From a virus: 64,000 bases of DNA. The DNA lies in IMG/VR virus record IMGVR_UViG_3300031227_000038, positions 1 through 64,000 of that record; one strand, 5' to 3'. Position 1 is the stretch's first letter, and every line of letters starts with the position of its first letter. The notes under the pieces are model-generated. The model worked only from the letters and a program-made list of their open reading frames with translations, did no database searches and was not told the DNA's origin. Below are positions 46,370-56,843 of the stretch, one piece after another. The position numbers and the translations under genes were made by a program.

Positions 46370-46984
46370 TTAGTCTTCTTCTGTATTTACTTTACTTGAA
46401 ATTGATTTTGATAAGCTTTTATAGGAACTATTATCTCCAACATATCCCTTTTCGGAAGCGGCAAAGTGAACTGTATTACATGCTTGAAATCCATATAATC
46501 TTTGAGCATTATTTATTGAATTCAAATCTGATGATAAAAATAAATAAGACCAATTATAATCATTTTCTTGTCGTTTGATCAAATTCTTAATTGCTTCTGC
46601 TGAAAAGTCAACCGAGGCATTCTCTTCACCATCTGTAATTATTGCAATAATAACACTTTCAGGTCGTTCATCTTCGCCCATCTCAGTAAATCTTTCACCT
46701 AACTCATCAGTAAGTCTACCGATTGCATCTAGCAATGCTGTGCATCCACCAGGAGTATACTCTGTTTGTTTCATTTTTTTCACATCTTCAAATTTCACAC
46801 AATCAATAACTTTATTATATATTGTATCAAATAAAACTAATGAAAATTTTACCTCTTTACCTTCAAGTGATTTCTTCTGCTCTTCAATGAAAACATTGAA
46901 ACCTTCAACGGCTTTTTCTTCTAAATAACTCATTGAACCAGACTTGTCCAATATCAAACCAATTTCTACATAACCTTTTTTCAT
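46370..46984 (-). CDS. von Willebrand factor A domain protein
   Basis: ILDKSGSM MIDAS motif (DxSxS). Confidence 0.65.
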   Translation of the reverse strand: MKKGYVEIGLILDKSGSMSYLEEKAVEGFNVFIEEQKKSLEGKEVKFSLVLFDTIYNKVIDCVKFEDVKKMKQTEYTPGGCTALLDAIGRLTDELGERFTEMGEDERPESVIIAIITDGEENASVDFSAEAIKNLIKRQENDYNWSYLFLSSDLNSINNAQRLYGFQACNTVHFAASEKGYVGDNSSYKSLSKSISSKVNTEED

Positions 46985-47226
46985 TCTTTCCTTCCTTCTT
47001 TCTTAACTTTTATTATTAACTGCTGCTGGAGCTGCAAACACTCCACATAAAACAACTGTTGCAAACCAATCAGTAAAAGTATGTCCAATATTGAAATTAA
47101 ACAAATAGTTGATACTCCATATTACTAAATGTGGCCCTACAATAACCATAACGACAATAAATAAAACTAACAAAATTAACCAAAATGTATCCATAACCTA
47201 CTCCTTTTTTTTTAAAAATAATCTAT

Positions 47227-47302
47227 TGGTTGCGGGAGCGGGATTTGAACCCGCGTCTGAAGCTTATGAGACTTCTAAGGCACCAAACTCCTCTATCCCG
47301 CA
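47227..47302 (-). tRNA. tRNA-Met(CAT) (elongator/Ile2/initiator unresolved)
   Basis: Anticodon arm GAAGT-CTCATAA-GCTTC. Confidence 0.75.
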
Positions 47303-47604
47303 AATTAATTTCTTAATTCGATTTCAGCAAGCGCTCTCAATCTATTCTTTTTAGATATTTTTTCATCATATTCAACTAAGAATGGAATCACTGGAAGTAA
47401 TATAATATGTGCTAAAGGAAAAATTATTACTATTGAAATTATTGTCCAGATTAAATCAAGTAATTCCTTAGTAATTTTTTTAGCTAACTTCTTTATTTTC
47501 TTAAAGGCATATTTATAAGAATCTGGTAGATCTATTTTATAATGATACTCAATAATTTTGAAATATTTTTTTACTGTCATTTAATTCTCCTATAAATTAA
47601 AAAA

Positions 47605-47682
47605 TGGTACCCGCCGCGAGATTTGAACTCGCACTGTACGGCTTCTAAGGCCGCTCTCTGCTTCCAATTGGAGTACGCGGGC
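47605..47682 (-). tRNA. tRNA-Leu(TAG), atypical (3-bp D-stem with long D-loop, 5-nt variable arm)
   Basis: Acceptor GCCCGCG/GGCGGGT, A73. Anticodon arm GCGGC-CTTAGAA-GCCGT. Variable ACAGT. Confidence 0.6.
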
Positions 47683-47897
47683 ACGTTTAATTATTTTCTA
47701 AAATTTCCGTTTTTAACAACTCAATTTCTTCAAGCGATTCTATTTCATAAATGCTAATTTCAAAATCTTTCGCATTCTTTCCAATCTAATATGCTCCAGT
47801 CCAAAATTCATATTTATCATTTCTTAATGAATATTTTTCATTATCTCTATTTTTACATATTGTTATGTCTAACATTTTTCCTTTTTTTGATAAATTT

Positions 47898-47975
47898 TGG
47901 TCGGGATGGCAAGATTCGAACTTGCGACCTCGTACTCCCAAGGCACGCGTCATAACCTGACTAGACTACATCCCG
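47898..47975 (-). tRNA. tRNA-Pro(TGG)
   Basis: Anticodon arm CGTGC-CTTGGGA-GTACG. Confidence 0.75.
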
Positions 47976-48049
47976 ATTTATCTTTTCTAACAAATATACT
48001 CTTTTACTAAATTTTCCCATCTGTAAACTCCTTTAATCTTTTTTTATTT

Positions 48050-48125
48050 TGGTATCCCCGGAAAGATTTGAACTCTCAACACTTGGAATAGAAGTCCAAT
48101 GCTCTTCCAGTTGAGCTACGGGGAC
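48050..48125 (-). tRNA. tRNA-Arg(TCT)
   Basis: Anticodon arm TTGGA-CTTCTAT-TCCAA. Confidence 0.8.
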
Positions 48126-48235
48126 TTATTTAATTAAAATTTCATTTTCCTTCCAGCTTTTCAATCCATATCTAATCAATATCATAAGTCTTCTTTCATA
48201 ATTTTCTTACTCTGCTTATACTCTTCGCTATAGAC

Positions 48236-49006
48236 TCAACAAGTTCCATATTGAGAGTTTAGTTTTCCAGCACTCTTACCTTTAGAGGACTTTGACATTT
48301 TTTGCTTAGTTTCTTCAGAATGATGTTTTCCTGTAAACATTCCAACAAGCTCGCCAGATAGTCGCCTCGGATCATTAACAGAAACGTTAAAAATATTACC
48401 ATATTTATCTTTTGCACTCATTCTACCTTTCATTATACTTACTCATTCTCCAGATAAATATCTAGGACTATCAACAAAAGTATTAAAAGTGTTTCCATCT
48501 TTATCCTTGACTGTCAGAGTATTTTTTGCTACACTTACTCATTCTCCAGATAAATATCTAGGATTAGTTAAATCTGTTTGAATTGTGTTACCGTTTTCAT
48601 CTCTAACGCTTACTTTACCTTTATTTACCCCAACTAATTCGCCAGACAAGAATCTTAAATCATTAACGGAGACTCTAAAAGTGTTTCCGTCTTTATCTTT
48701 GACAGCTGTAGTACCGGTTGAATGAGCTCATCCACCTTCTCCGCCTAGTTTAATATTATAAGTATCTTTTCTTTTAACAAACTCTTTGTTAACTATTTTA
48801 GTTTCCATTAAATAAGCATCTTCTTCGATGTCAAAGTTATATAAAATCTTTTTCTTAAACTTATCAACACCATATTTATTAACCAACCTATTTAAATATG
48901 TTCCTGAACCCATGTAGCCATCTTCAATATTATCTGTTGAATGCTTACCAATATAAATCTTATTATTAACAATATTCGTAATTTTATAAATAAGATGATT
49001 TTTCAT
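48236..49006 (-). mobile_element. GIY-YIG homing endonuclease with NUMOD-like repeats, contains in-frame TGA
   Basis: MKNHLIYKITNIVNNKIYIGK...GYMGSG, followed by four repeated ~35-codon modules (..VNDPRRLSGE..). Confidence 0.65.
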
Positions 49007-49093
49007 TTATTAATTTGTTTTCCTTTATTTCTTTAATAATAAATATAAAGAAATCAAGAAAAGTTCGATATAAATTACTTACTTTGTTCAAAA

Positions 49094-49165
49094 AGACGAT
49101 CCCCAGAGTCGAACTGGGAATAGTAGGGTTGCAATCTACTGCCTTAGCCATTTAGCTAGATCGTC
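49094..49165 (-). tRNA. tRNA-Cys(GCA)
   Basis: Anticodon loop TTGCAAC, T-loop TTCGACT. No CCA encoded. Confidence 0.6.
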
Positions 49166-50006
49166 TTATTTATCGTATTTATCTTTTAACGCTAAATAAA
49201 CTAATTCCCAAACATGTTTTTGTTTTCTCTTGAATCCCTTAACACATCCTTCTTTCATTAGCTTATCATTTGCGCCTTTTAATTTATATCCATAATTACC
49301 AGTCGTTAAAGTTCCTGATACATCATTTCAGATTTTTGCTTCGGCAATTTTACGAGGAGTACCTGTACCAAATGGTACTAATTCTACTGTGACTCTAATC
49401 ATTCCCTAGCTCCTTCTCCGGCCGTTACTGCTTGTTCTTTTGTAATTTTAATTAACTGATGTGAAAGAAGTTCTGCCCTCTTATGTCACCCCTCAGCGGT
49501 ATACCAGCAAGAATCTCATCGTCTGTATCATATCTTAACAAGTTCTTTTGTAAATCCTGTTATTCAACCAACTGTAAAAGTTTTATTGCCTGTAAAATCG
49601 TGAGCAACTGGTTTAATTAAAACAATACAATCGCCAATACTTAATTCTTCTCCAAAATAATCTTTATGCATTTTCTTCTCCAGTGTAAATTAAAGAAAGA
49701 GGATTTGCTCGTTCTTGCGCCAAACCATTTTGACAAGCTTTCCACATTTCCATTAGTCCATCAAGCCCAATAATAGTCTTATTTGATTTAATTTAGATTC
49801 AGAGCGGTCTCTCCATATACCCAGCTGATGTGCTTTATCTGGATATGGTGGCTTATCTGTTTCCCTTTGAATATCTCTCATTATTAGACCATAACCTTTT
49901 ACTTGTTCAATTATAGCTTCTTTGTATTCTTTACTCATAATTTCCTCCGTTTTATATTATAATTAATTATAATATAAAGCAAATTACAAAAATAGTAACT
50001 ATAAAA

Positions 50007-50082
50007 TGGATGACTCGATAGGACTCGAACCTATAACATCCAGAGTCAAGGTCTGGTGTTCTGCCAATTGAACTACGAGTCA
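50007..50082 (-). tRNA. tRNA-Gln(TTG)
   Basis: Anticodon arm CCAGA-CCTTGAC-TCTGG. Position 33 is C, which is unusual. Confidence 0.55.
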
Positions 50083-50085
50083 TCT

Positions 50086-50162
50086 TGGTACCTATGGTGA
50101 GACTTGAACTCACACTTTACAAGGTTTGAACTTGCTCTCTCTGCCGATTGGAGTACACAGGC
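50086..50162 (-). tRNA. tRNA-Leu(CAA), atypical short variable arm
   Basis: D-arm CTC-CAATCGGCAGA-GAG. Anticodon arm GCAAG-TTCAAAC-CTTGT. Variable AAAGT. Confidence 0.6.
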
Positions 50163-50606
50163 ATATTTTTTAGTTTATTTATTTCTATTAGTTTGAATTC
50201 TAACTTTACCATCTTTACCTATAGTCACGCTCTCTATTGCTGCAATATTATAGCCACTTTTAAATTTTCTTTCTTTTAAGGAATCGTTATACTTTATAAT
50301 TAGGCTTTTAACACTTTCTACTAATTCTTTTGACAGTCCAATATCACCAAGCTCAATTGGTCGTCTTCCAGAATCTAAATCCATTTTTCTAAGAATCTGT
50401 CAAATCTTCTTACCATGACTTACAGCATAGCTAAGTACTCCTTTTCCAATTTGTCTACTTCTCTTTTCGTAACGTTTTTGATTTTTTAATCACAATCTGC
50501 GACTTGCTAATATTCTATGATACTTTTTCTTATCTTTAAATCACGATCACAAAGATTTCTTTTTATTCATTTTTTAATTTCCTTTTTTTAATTTCCTTAT
50601 TTTAAT

Positions 50607-50683
50607 TGGTGTCCGCAGCGAGATTCGAACTCGCACTGTACAGGGTTTAAGCCTGATTCCTCTGCCGATTGGGATACACGGAC
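50607..50683 (-). tRNA. tRNA-Leu(TAA), atypical short variable arm
   Basis: D-arm TCC-CAATCGGCAGA-GGA. Anticodon loop CTTAAAC. Variable ACAGT. Confidence 0.6.
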
Positions 50684-50740
50684 ACATGATTTAATTTAGT
50701 AAAAAATAAAAACAATGACGAAGAGTAATACATCACGACC

Positions 50741-51420
50741 GGCCTTTGACAACCGGTTATGGGAGTCGAACCCAATTTAAAAAGGAACTGTTTATGTCAT
50801 TGTTCTCATTCAATTTATGAAGGCGGGAAGTAAGTTTTTTACCAATTAAAAGTTTAAAGGAACTTCCAATGCCTTATGTTTCTTAAAAATTTAGGATGAT
50901 TAGTAGGTGCCGCCACTCTACCAGTTGAGCTACTTCCCCATAAAAACTTTGGCAGGGAAGGTAGGACTCGAACCTACAAACAAGCGGATTGATTGTTTTC
51001 AAAGGAACTAATTTATATCCTTTTTTAACTTTTTTTTTAAAAATAACAATTATAAGATGATCAGTAATTATAGGCGGCTACTCTACCAGTTGAGTTACGT
51101 TGGTTCACTCTAGGCTTAACAACGATGGGATTCGAACCCACAACTAGCTGCTTGGTTTTTCAAAGGAACTGATTAATATCTTATTTTCTAATTTATATGG
51201 ACGGCTGGTAAGGTTGCTTAGAAGGCAACTGCTGATTATGCAGTTTAAGGAACCGGCTTATGTCCAATCTTTAGACGGTTAGTAATTTTTTTTTTATCAT
51301 TGTTTTTCAAAGGAACTAACTATGTCTAATGTATACTTAATCATATGAGGCGGGCAGTAGTTTTTGGTTAAAGCGGCGAACCGCTTCCCTATGTTTTTCA
51401 AAGGAACTGCCTAAGCCTCG
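50741..51420 (-). repeat. Repeat-rich non-coding block with 7 copies of a TTTTCAAAGGAACT(nnn)TATGTC motif, a second repeat family (AAAAACT(T)ACTnCCCGCCT(T)CATA, 2 copies) and tRNA half-like segments
   Basis: Motif copies at about 50780, 50853, 50996, 51156, 51243, 51303 and 51395. T-arm/acceptor-like segments at 50741-50775, 50949-50985 and 51124-51155. D-arm/acceptor-5' segments at 50918-50940 and 51070-51105. Confidence 0.7.
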
Positions 51421-51430
51421 TTTTTTATTT

Positions 51431-53227
51431 CTATGCAAATAATTCAATTAACGTTGCTTTGTTAAGCTCAGTCAAATCAATTTCTGCTTCTTCTTCTACA
51501 AATTCAAATCCAGCTTCTTTTAATATGTCATTTAAATAAACATAACAATCAACTGTATTTTTAACGTATTCAATATATTCTGTTCTTTGCCCATGTGAAA
51601 CTTTTGAATTACCAGTACTTACATTCGCAAAAACAAATTTGTTATTAACTACCAGTCCCAAAGTATTCTCCTTTCGGTCACTTTCTAAGTCAACCTGAAA
51701 TACAATGTTATTTGGATCAACCATATTCTTGTTTTCATATCTTCGTCTAGGTTCATATACTTCTGTTGCTATAAACATTTTAAATTTATACTCTGGATTA
51801 GCACTATATGCGTTAACCTTAAAGATACAAGCATTTTCACCAAATCCATTTTCTCCATATATAAATTCATTGGCTCCATTCTGCGCATTAGTAATATCAC
51901 CTGAATAGATCACTGACTTATTTCCGTTATAATAGCTTGAATTCCAACCTATCTTATTACCGGAAATATCAACATATGACAAGTCAAGATCTACTGCTCC
52001 ATCACTATTTTTCCAATATATACCAACCATAGCGTTCTTATCTGCTAAGTCTAAACTCGTTCCAATTGGAATATTTCCAATGAAAGACTTCTCACTTGTT
52101 GGAGCTGTAATGTTTAATCCTACTGGAATCTTCACAGTTGTTGCTTTCTTCGCCATAGACTTTACAAGACTCTTGAATATTTTTGTGTACATTTCGTAGT
52201 AAAGACCTTCTACATAAGTTGATAACTTGCTGTCTTCTACTGTCTTTATATAAAGCTTTTGATTTCTAATCAAATAAGCTTTTGTACTCAAATTTTTCTT
52301 ACGAACGCTAATCGCCTGAAGTAAAACAACTTTCTTATAGTTGTTCAATTTTGAAAGCATTTCATCTAATTTATCAAGCTTTGCTTGACTTGGATCAGTA
52401 AGTAATGTTTCAAAATACTTTTTTCTATATGGAACATGATTAGTCTTAGAATATTTACTAAGCTTGTTAATGATAGCTTTATTTCCAGGTGTATTTCTCA
52501 TTGCCAGGAACAAAGGTTTGTATCTATTGAAAACAGCAGATAGTTTCTTTACTCCAAATGTTACAATGAAAGGAGAAACATCAATTTGATTTTCCTTAAT
52601 CATTCTAATAGTTGCATCATTCTTAACAACCATTGAACGCCCTGTAAACATATCTATTAAGAATCTAACAAACTCTTCTGAAGACTCTGGAAATACATTA
52701 AATTCTTTACAAAGAATCATTTTTGCTTCTCTGTTTTTAATGTCTGCTGGCGTAAAAGCCGTTTTTAATTCTTTTATCAAGAATATTAAATCATTTATAG
52801 TCTCTCCATCAAGAGCTATTCCTGAGCCAAGCATAGTCATAACACTTTCTGTAACTTCATCTCTGTCAATTGCTTTAATTACTTTCATATCTGTAAACGA
52901 AATTGCCTCAATACCATTATGTGGTAAGTAATCTTCGCCTTCAAAATTAGTTCCGTATGTTGACATGTAATGTACGATTTGGTCGATAAACAACTCAAAT
53001 CTACTTTTACTTATAACGTCATTCCAAGTTTTATAGAACGACTTATTGTAATCAACCTTTTGTGTATTTAGCCAAACTAGTACACTTGAAACACATAGTT
53101 CTTCTGGTACAAAATATCCAAGTTTTGCAGCGACTTTGTTTACTTCTGCAAAATCTAATAGACTTTCCTTTTCAATGTACGGAATGGCCGCGTTAAATAG
53201 CCTTAGTGTAACTTCATTAACTCTCAT
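51431..53227 (-). CDS. large hypothetical protein (598 aa)
   Basis: Intact ORF with no recognisable motif. Confidence 0.55.
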   Translation of the reverse strand: MRVNEVTLRLFNAAIPYIEKESLLDFAEVNKVAAKLGYFVPEELCVSSVLVWLNTQKVDYNKSFYKTWNDVISKSRFELFIDQIVHYMSTYGTNFEGEDYLPHNGIEAISFTDMKVIKAIDRDEVTESVMTMLGSGIALDGETINDLIFLIKELKTAFTPADIKNREAKMILCKEFNVFPESSEEFVRFLIDMFTGRSMVVKNDATIRMIKENQIDVSPFIVTFGVKKLSAVFNRYKPLFLAMRNTPGNKAIINKLSKYSKTNHVPYRKKYFETLLTDPSQAKLDKLDEMLSKLNNYKKVVLLQAISVRKKNLSTKAYLIRNQKLYIKTVEDSKLSTYVEGLYYEMYTKIFKSLVKSMAKKATTVKIPVGLNITAPTSEKSFIGNIPIGTSLDLADKNAMVGIYWKNSDGAVDLDLSYVDISGNKIGWNSSYYNGNKSVIYSGDITNAQNGANEFIYGENGFGENACIFKVNAYSANPEYKFKMFIATEVYEPRRRYENKNMVDPNNIVFQVDLESDRKENTLGLVVNNKFVFANVSTGNSKVSHGQRTEYIEYVKNTVDCYVYLNDILKEAGFEFVEEEAEIDLTELNKATLIELFA

Positions 53228-54056
53228 AGTTAAACCTCTTTTGTTTTTTTTATTTTCTTAATCTACTTTTCATTCATTAAAATAAGCTTGCTATATGTTC
53301 AATTATTTCAATATCTATACTTTCTATAGTATGGACTTCTTCATTATCCATGGAAGGCATATAATCATAAAATTGCTCTTTTGCTTCACAATCATCCCAA
53401 TCTTCATAATTATATCCTGTCGTTGGTATCGTTTTAACCATTTTAATAATTTCATTAAGCTCTTCCTGACTATTTATTGGAGACGTTTGATTAATATAAT
53501 CTCCATCGTTAACGTCTGCGCTTACCACTAAATTCATTCCTTCTTTAAATTTCATTTTTTACATCCTTATTTTTGTTTGTTTTTATTAATCATAATATAA
53601 TGAAACTATAAAAAATAGTAACAAAATTAATTTTAAAAAAAATTCAAACTAAACAAATAATATCGTTGAGGTTCCCGCGCTCTCAAACCCTAATCCGAAT
53701 ATAATGTACCTGAGTTATAACTAACTCTCAGTCTTATAACAACCAGCACAGTACTGTGCTCCAATTACTCATTCAGTTTGAATACTTTAAATCACTTCGT
53801 TTAAAGAATTTGACTTTTCTTAATTTTAATTAGATCCTCAATGACCAAGTGTTCGTCAAAGATTCAGGTGTTCCGTTTCGGCCTGCCACCCATTTATTAT
53901 AATTTTAGGTTGTTTACTGCATCTTTCAATGCTCAACTTAATAATGCAGACGTTAGTTTATTAAGCTGGATTTTTGGCGGGACTGACGAGGATCAAACTC
54001 GCCTTACGCGGGCGACAGCCGCGCGCCTTCTCAGATGGCTACAGTCCCGAGTTTAT

Positions 54057-54218
54057 TTTTTAATTTTTTGATATATCCCAGCCGGCATCATATCCTTCAT
54101 TTCGAGCAATTTCATAAAACTCATTAATACGTTTTATTGCTTGTTCCACATCAATAACATCCACAAAACGTATTAATTCTTTAAATTTTTCTTTAATTTC
54201 TTTACTACTTAATTTCAT
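54057..54218 (-). CDS. small protein (53 aa) behind a long structured leader
   Basis: GGAGGTTAATTTATG RBS, then MKLSSKEIKEKFKELIRFVDVIDVEQAIKRINEFYEIARNEGYDAGWDISKN. Confidence 0.4.
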
Positions 54219-54476
54219 AAATTAACCTCCGTTTATCTTTTTTAAATTAAAAAATTCGGCAGATGCGATGGTGCTTGGATCATGAGATCGAATCACTTAT
54301 GCATACAAATTCGCCCATCGTTGGATTTCGTCCGCCTAAGTGCCTAATAAATCTAAATGTACATATTAAACTTAAATAAACATCATTTTCTGCAATTGAT
54401 AGGCATAATTCAAAAAATCAATTAAACAGTTGATTACCAATCAATTATAATATAAGATAAAGATCAAAAATAGTAA

Positions 54477-55028
54477 CTAATTAAAATTTATATCATCTAC
54501 TTTAACAATTATTTTTTTAATCAATTCAAAATCACTTTTAGTATATGCAACTATTTCAACCATTTCAACATTTTTATTTATTGTGTTACCAAATTCGACA
54601 ACCGAATTTAGAATTATATCAATTGCAGGCTCTTTTGGAAACATAAAAACTCCAGTACTTATTAGTGGAAACGATATACTTTTACAATTATAATCATCAG
54701 CTAATTTCATACAATTATATATTGTCTCCCATAACTGTTCAGGCGCTTCATTTTCATGACACGGAAATACTGGACCAACTGTGTTTATTATATATTTTGA
54801 TTTTAAATTAAAGCCTGGAGTGATCATCGCTTTACTAGTTTCTAATGCTATATTTCCTTTAATCCACTCAGCACAATAATTAGTAAATTCCATTCCTGCT
54901 CCAACATGAATTACTCCATTAACTGTAACATCTTCCCAAAATAAATATTTATTAGAAGCATTAACTATTGCATCAGTTTCTCTCTTCTCTATATTACCTA
55001 GAATTATCACTATTTCCATTAAAACCAA
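54477..55028 (-). CDS. macro domain protein (ADP-ribose binding/hydrolase)
   Basis: ETDAIVNASN...VGAG. Confidence 0.65.
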   Translation of the reverse strand: MVLMEIVIILGNIEKRETDAIVNASNKYLFWEDVTVNGVIHVGAGMEFTNYCAEWIKGNIALETSKAMITPGFNLKSKYIINTVGPVFPCHENEAPEQLWETIYNCMKLADDYNCKSISFPLISTGVFMFPKEPAIDIILNSVVEFGNTINKNVEMVEIVAYTKSDFELIKKIIVKVDDINFN

Positions 55029-55755
55029 TCAATTGAAGTACCTTCAATAAACGGAAATAATGAATTGCTATAAACACATATTTTTCTTGCTCTATAATAA
55101 GTACTTATAGTTAGCTTAACATCTTCTTCTCGATAGGCACTTGCTCGTACCTGAATATCCAATGTTACTGTCTTATCATTTATTTTTATTAACTCACCAA
55201 TTTTTATATCAGTACTTCCATTAGAGTTATGAGCTCTAATATACATATTTCCTATTACTAAATCTTGTCCAAATATATCTTTCATTTATTTTCTCTTTAC
55301 ATTAGGGAAAGCATTTGAATATGTGTCTATAAGTAGCTTATTATATTTTTTATGCCAAAAATCAGCTCCTATTTGAATATCACGGACTTCACAACGTAGA
55401 ACCATGAGTTCAACTGTTTGACTCTGTATTTTTTCTTTTAAGTCATTATTCCTAACTACAAGACCTTCATTATCTGACCGTCTGTTAGCTAGGGTAGTTC
55501 TTAATCTTTCTATCTCTTGTCTTAGAGTGATATTTATAATTATGAGCTTTTCTCTGTCTTTACCCACTTCTGTTGCTGCTGTAGACGAAATGTTATACTC
55601 TTCTTTAAGACTTTCATTTTCTTTTTTTAATCGATCTATTGTATTATAACAGTTTTGAATTATTTGCTCTAATTCCGACTCTCTTGATATTATATAATCT
55701 GGAGTATCATCATAATAATATGCTGGCATTTAAGCCTCCTTTTTTAATTTAAAAA

Positions 55756-55832
55756 TGGTGGACGAGGACGGATTCGAACCGACAATTATTCTTCCTTGCA
55801 AGGGAAGTGCCATCCCGTTAGGCGACAAGCCC
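55756..55832 (-). tRNA. tRNA-Ala(TGC)-like (possibly defective)
   Basis: Anticodon arm CTTCC-CTTGCAA-GGAAG and a G3.U70 pair are present. The acceptor pairs at only 5 of 7 positions and the D-arm is irregular. Confidence 0.4.
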
Positions 55833-56767
55833 ACTTTTATTATTCTATCTAAGGTATAAATCTCTCATCATCAATTCTATCATTATAACCAACAATATAC
55901 CCATTGGTATAATCTCTATCATAAAACTCTTTCTTTATTCGATCAGCAGCTGTTTCTGCTTGACATATTCCTTCTTCAACTCCAATATCATATCCATGAC
56001 TCATTCTATCTTCATAAAGCTTTTGAAAATATTTAGTTAACTCTGCTTTCTTACCCGGTAAAATCTGAAGAAAGTCAACGAAATCTTGTAACTCTCCATA
56101 AAGATTAAACTCTGGCTTTTTTGATTCTGTTACTTTAAGTTCCATAGTCTCCTAATTTTAAATAAAAAACGAAATAAATTAACCAATCCATGCGTCTCAA
56201 CATGGTCAAGATTTTTATAAAAATGGTTTGTTCCCCATCTCCTATTCTTTACGTGCACCAAAAATAGGTTCCCCTACACTAGCTCCGCGGTCATGCGAAC
56301 TTCCAATTTAGTAGCTTAATCAATTTAGGAAGGCGAAGCTTCTTTCAACTCGGCTAATCAGTCTTATGTAAAGGTCAATTTATTTCTTTGCTTTCTTTTT
56401 AATATAAATTTATTCTTACAACATCTACAGTCAAATTATAATACTTTAGATATTGCATTTTATCTCCATTCTATTAATTCTGACTCTTCCAAAGCACTTT
56501 CAAATTCGTCAATAATATCCATTGCTTCTCTCACTTTTTTAGCATCCTTCTCATCAACTAATTCCTCTGGAACAATATATCCACCACGGAATAAATCATA
56601 TCAGAAATCATCTACGCTAACTACTTCTGCGTTTTCTTTAACTTTCATTTATACACAACCTTTTTCTATATACTTATTTTAAAAGTCAGTACTCTACCTA
56701 ATTGAACTACCTGCCCTCCGCCGAGGACAAGAAGGGAATCAAACCGCATATCTCTGACTATTTTTAT

Positions 56768-56843
56768 TGGCGGCTCAGGCGGGACTCGAACTCGCACCCT
56801 TTCGGTTAACAGCCGACTGCTCTACCAGATAAGCTTCTGAGCC
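56768..56843 (-). tRNA. tRNA-Asn(GTT)
   Basis: Acceptor GGCTCAG/CTGAGCC, G73, CCA. Anticodon loop CTGTTAA. Confidence 0.6.

Noticed and set aside
50741-51420. Reading the tRNA half-like segments as ordinary intron-containing tRNA genes (5' half, intron, 3' half)
   Set aside because: In that order the acceptor strands do not pair. Only the permuted order, 3' half then linker then 5' half, gives 6-7 bp of acceptor complementarity in both paralogous units.
53640-54065. RNase P RNA, SRP RNA or a second tmRNA in the GC-rich island
   Set aside because: I could not find the universal RNase P P4 (AGGAAAGTCC / ACAGAA..GGCTTA) or SRP (GGAAGCAGCC) signatures on either strand. It stays an unclassified candidate.
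53841-54071. Plus-strand ORF 53841..54071 (76 aa)
   Set aside because: It spans a GC-rich hairpin-dense region ending in a T-run. An ncRNA or structured leader is more plausible than a coding region.
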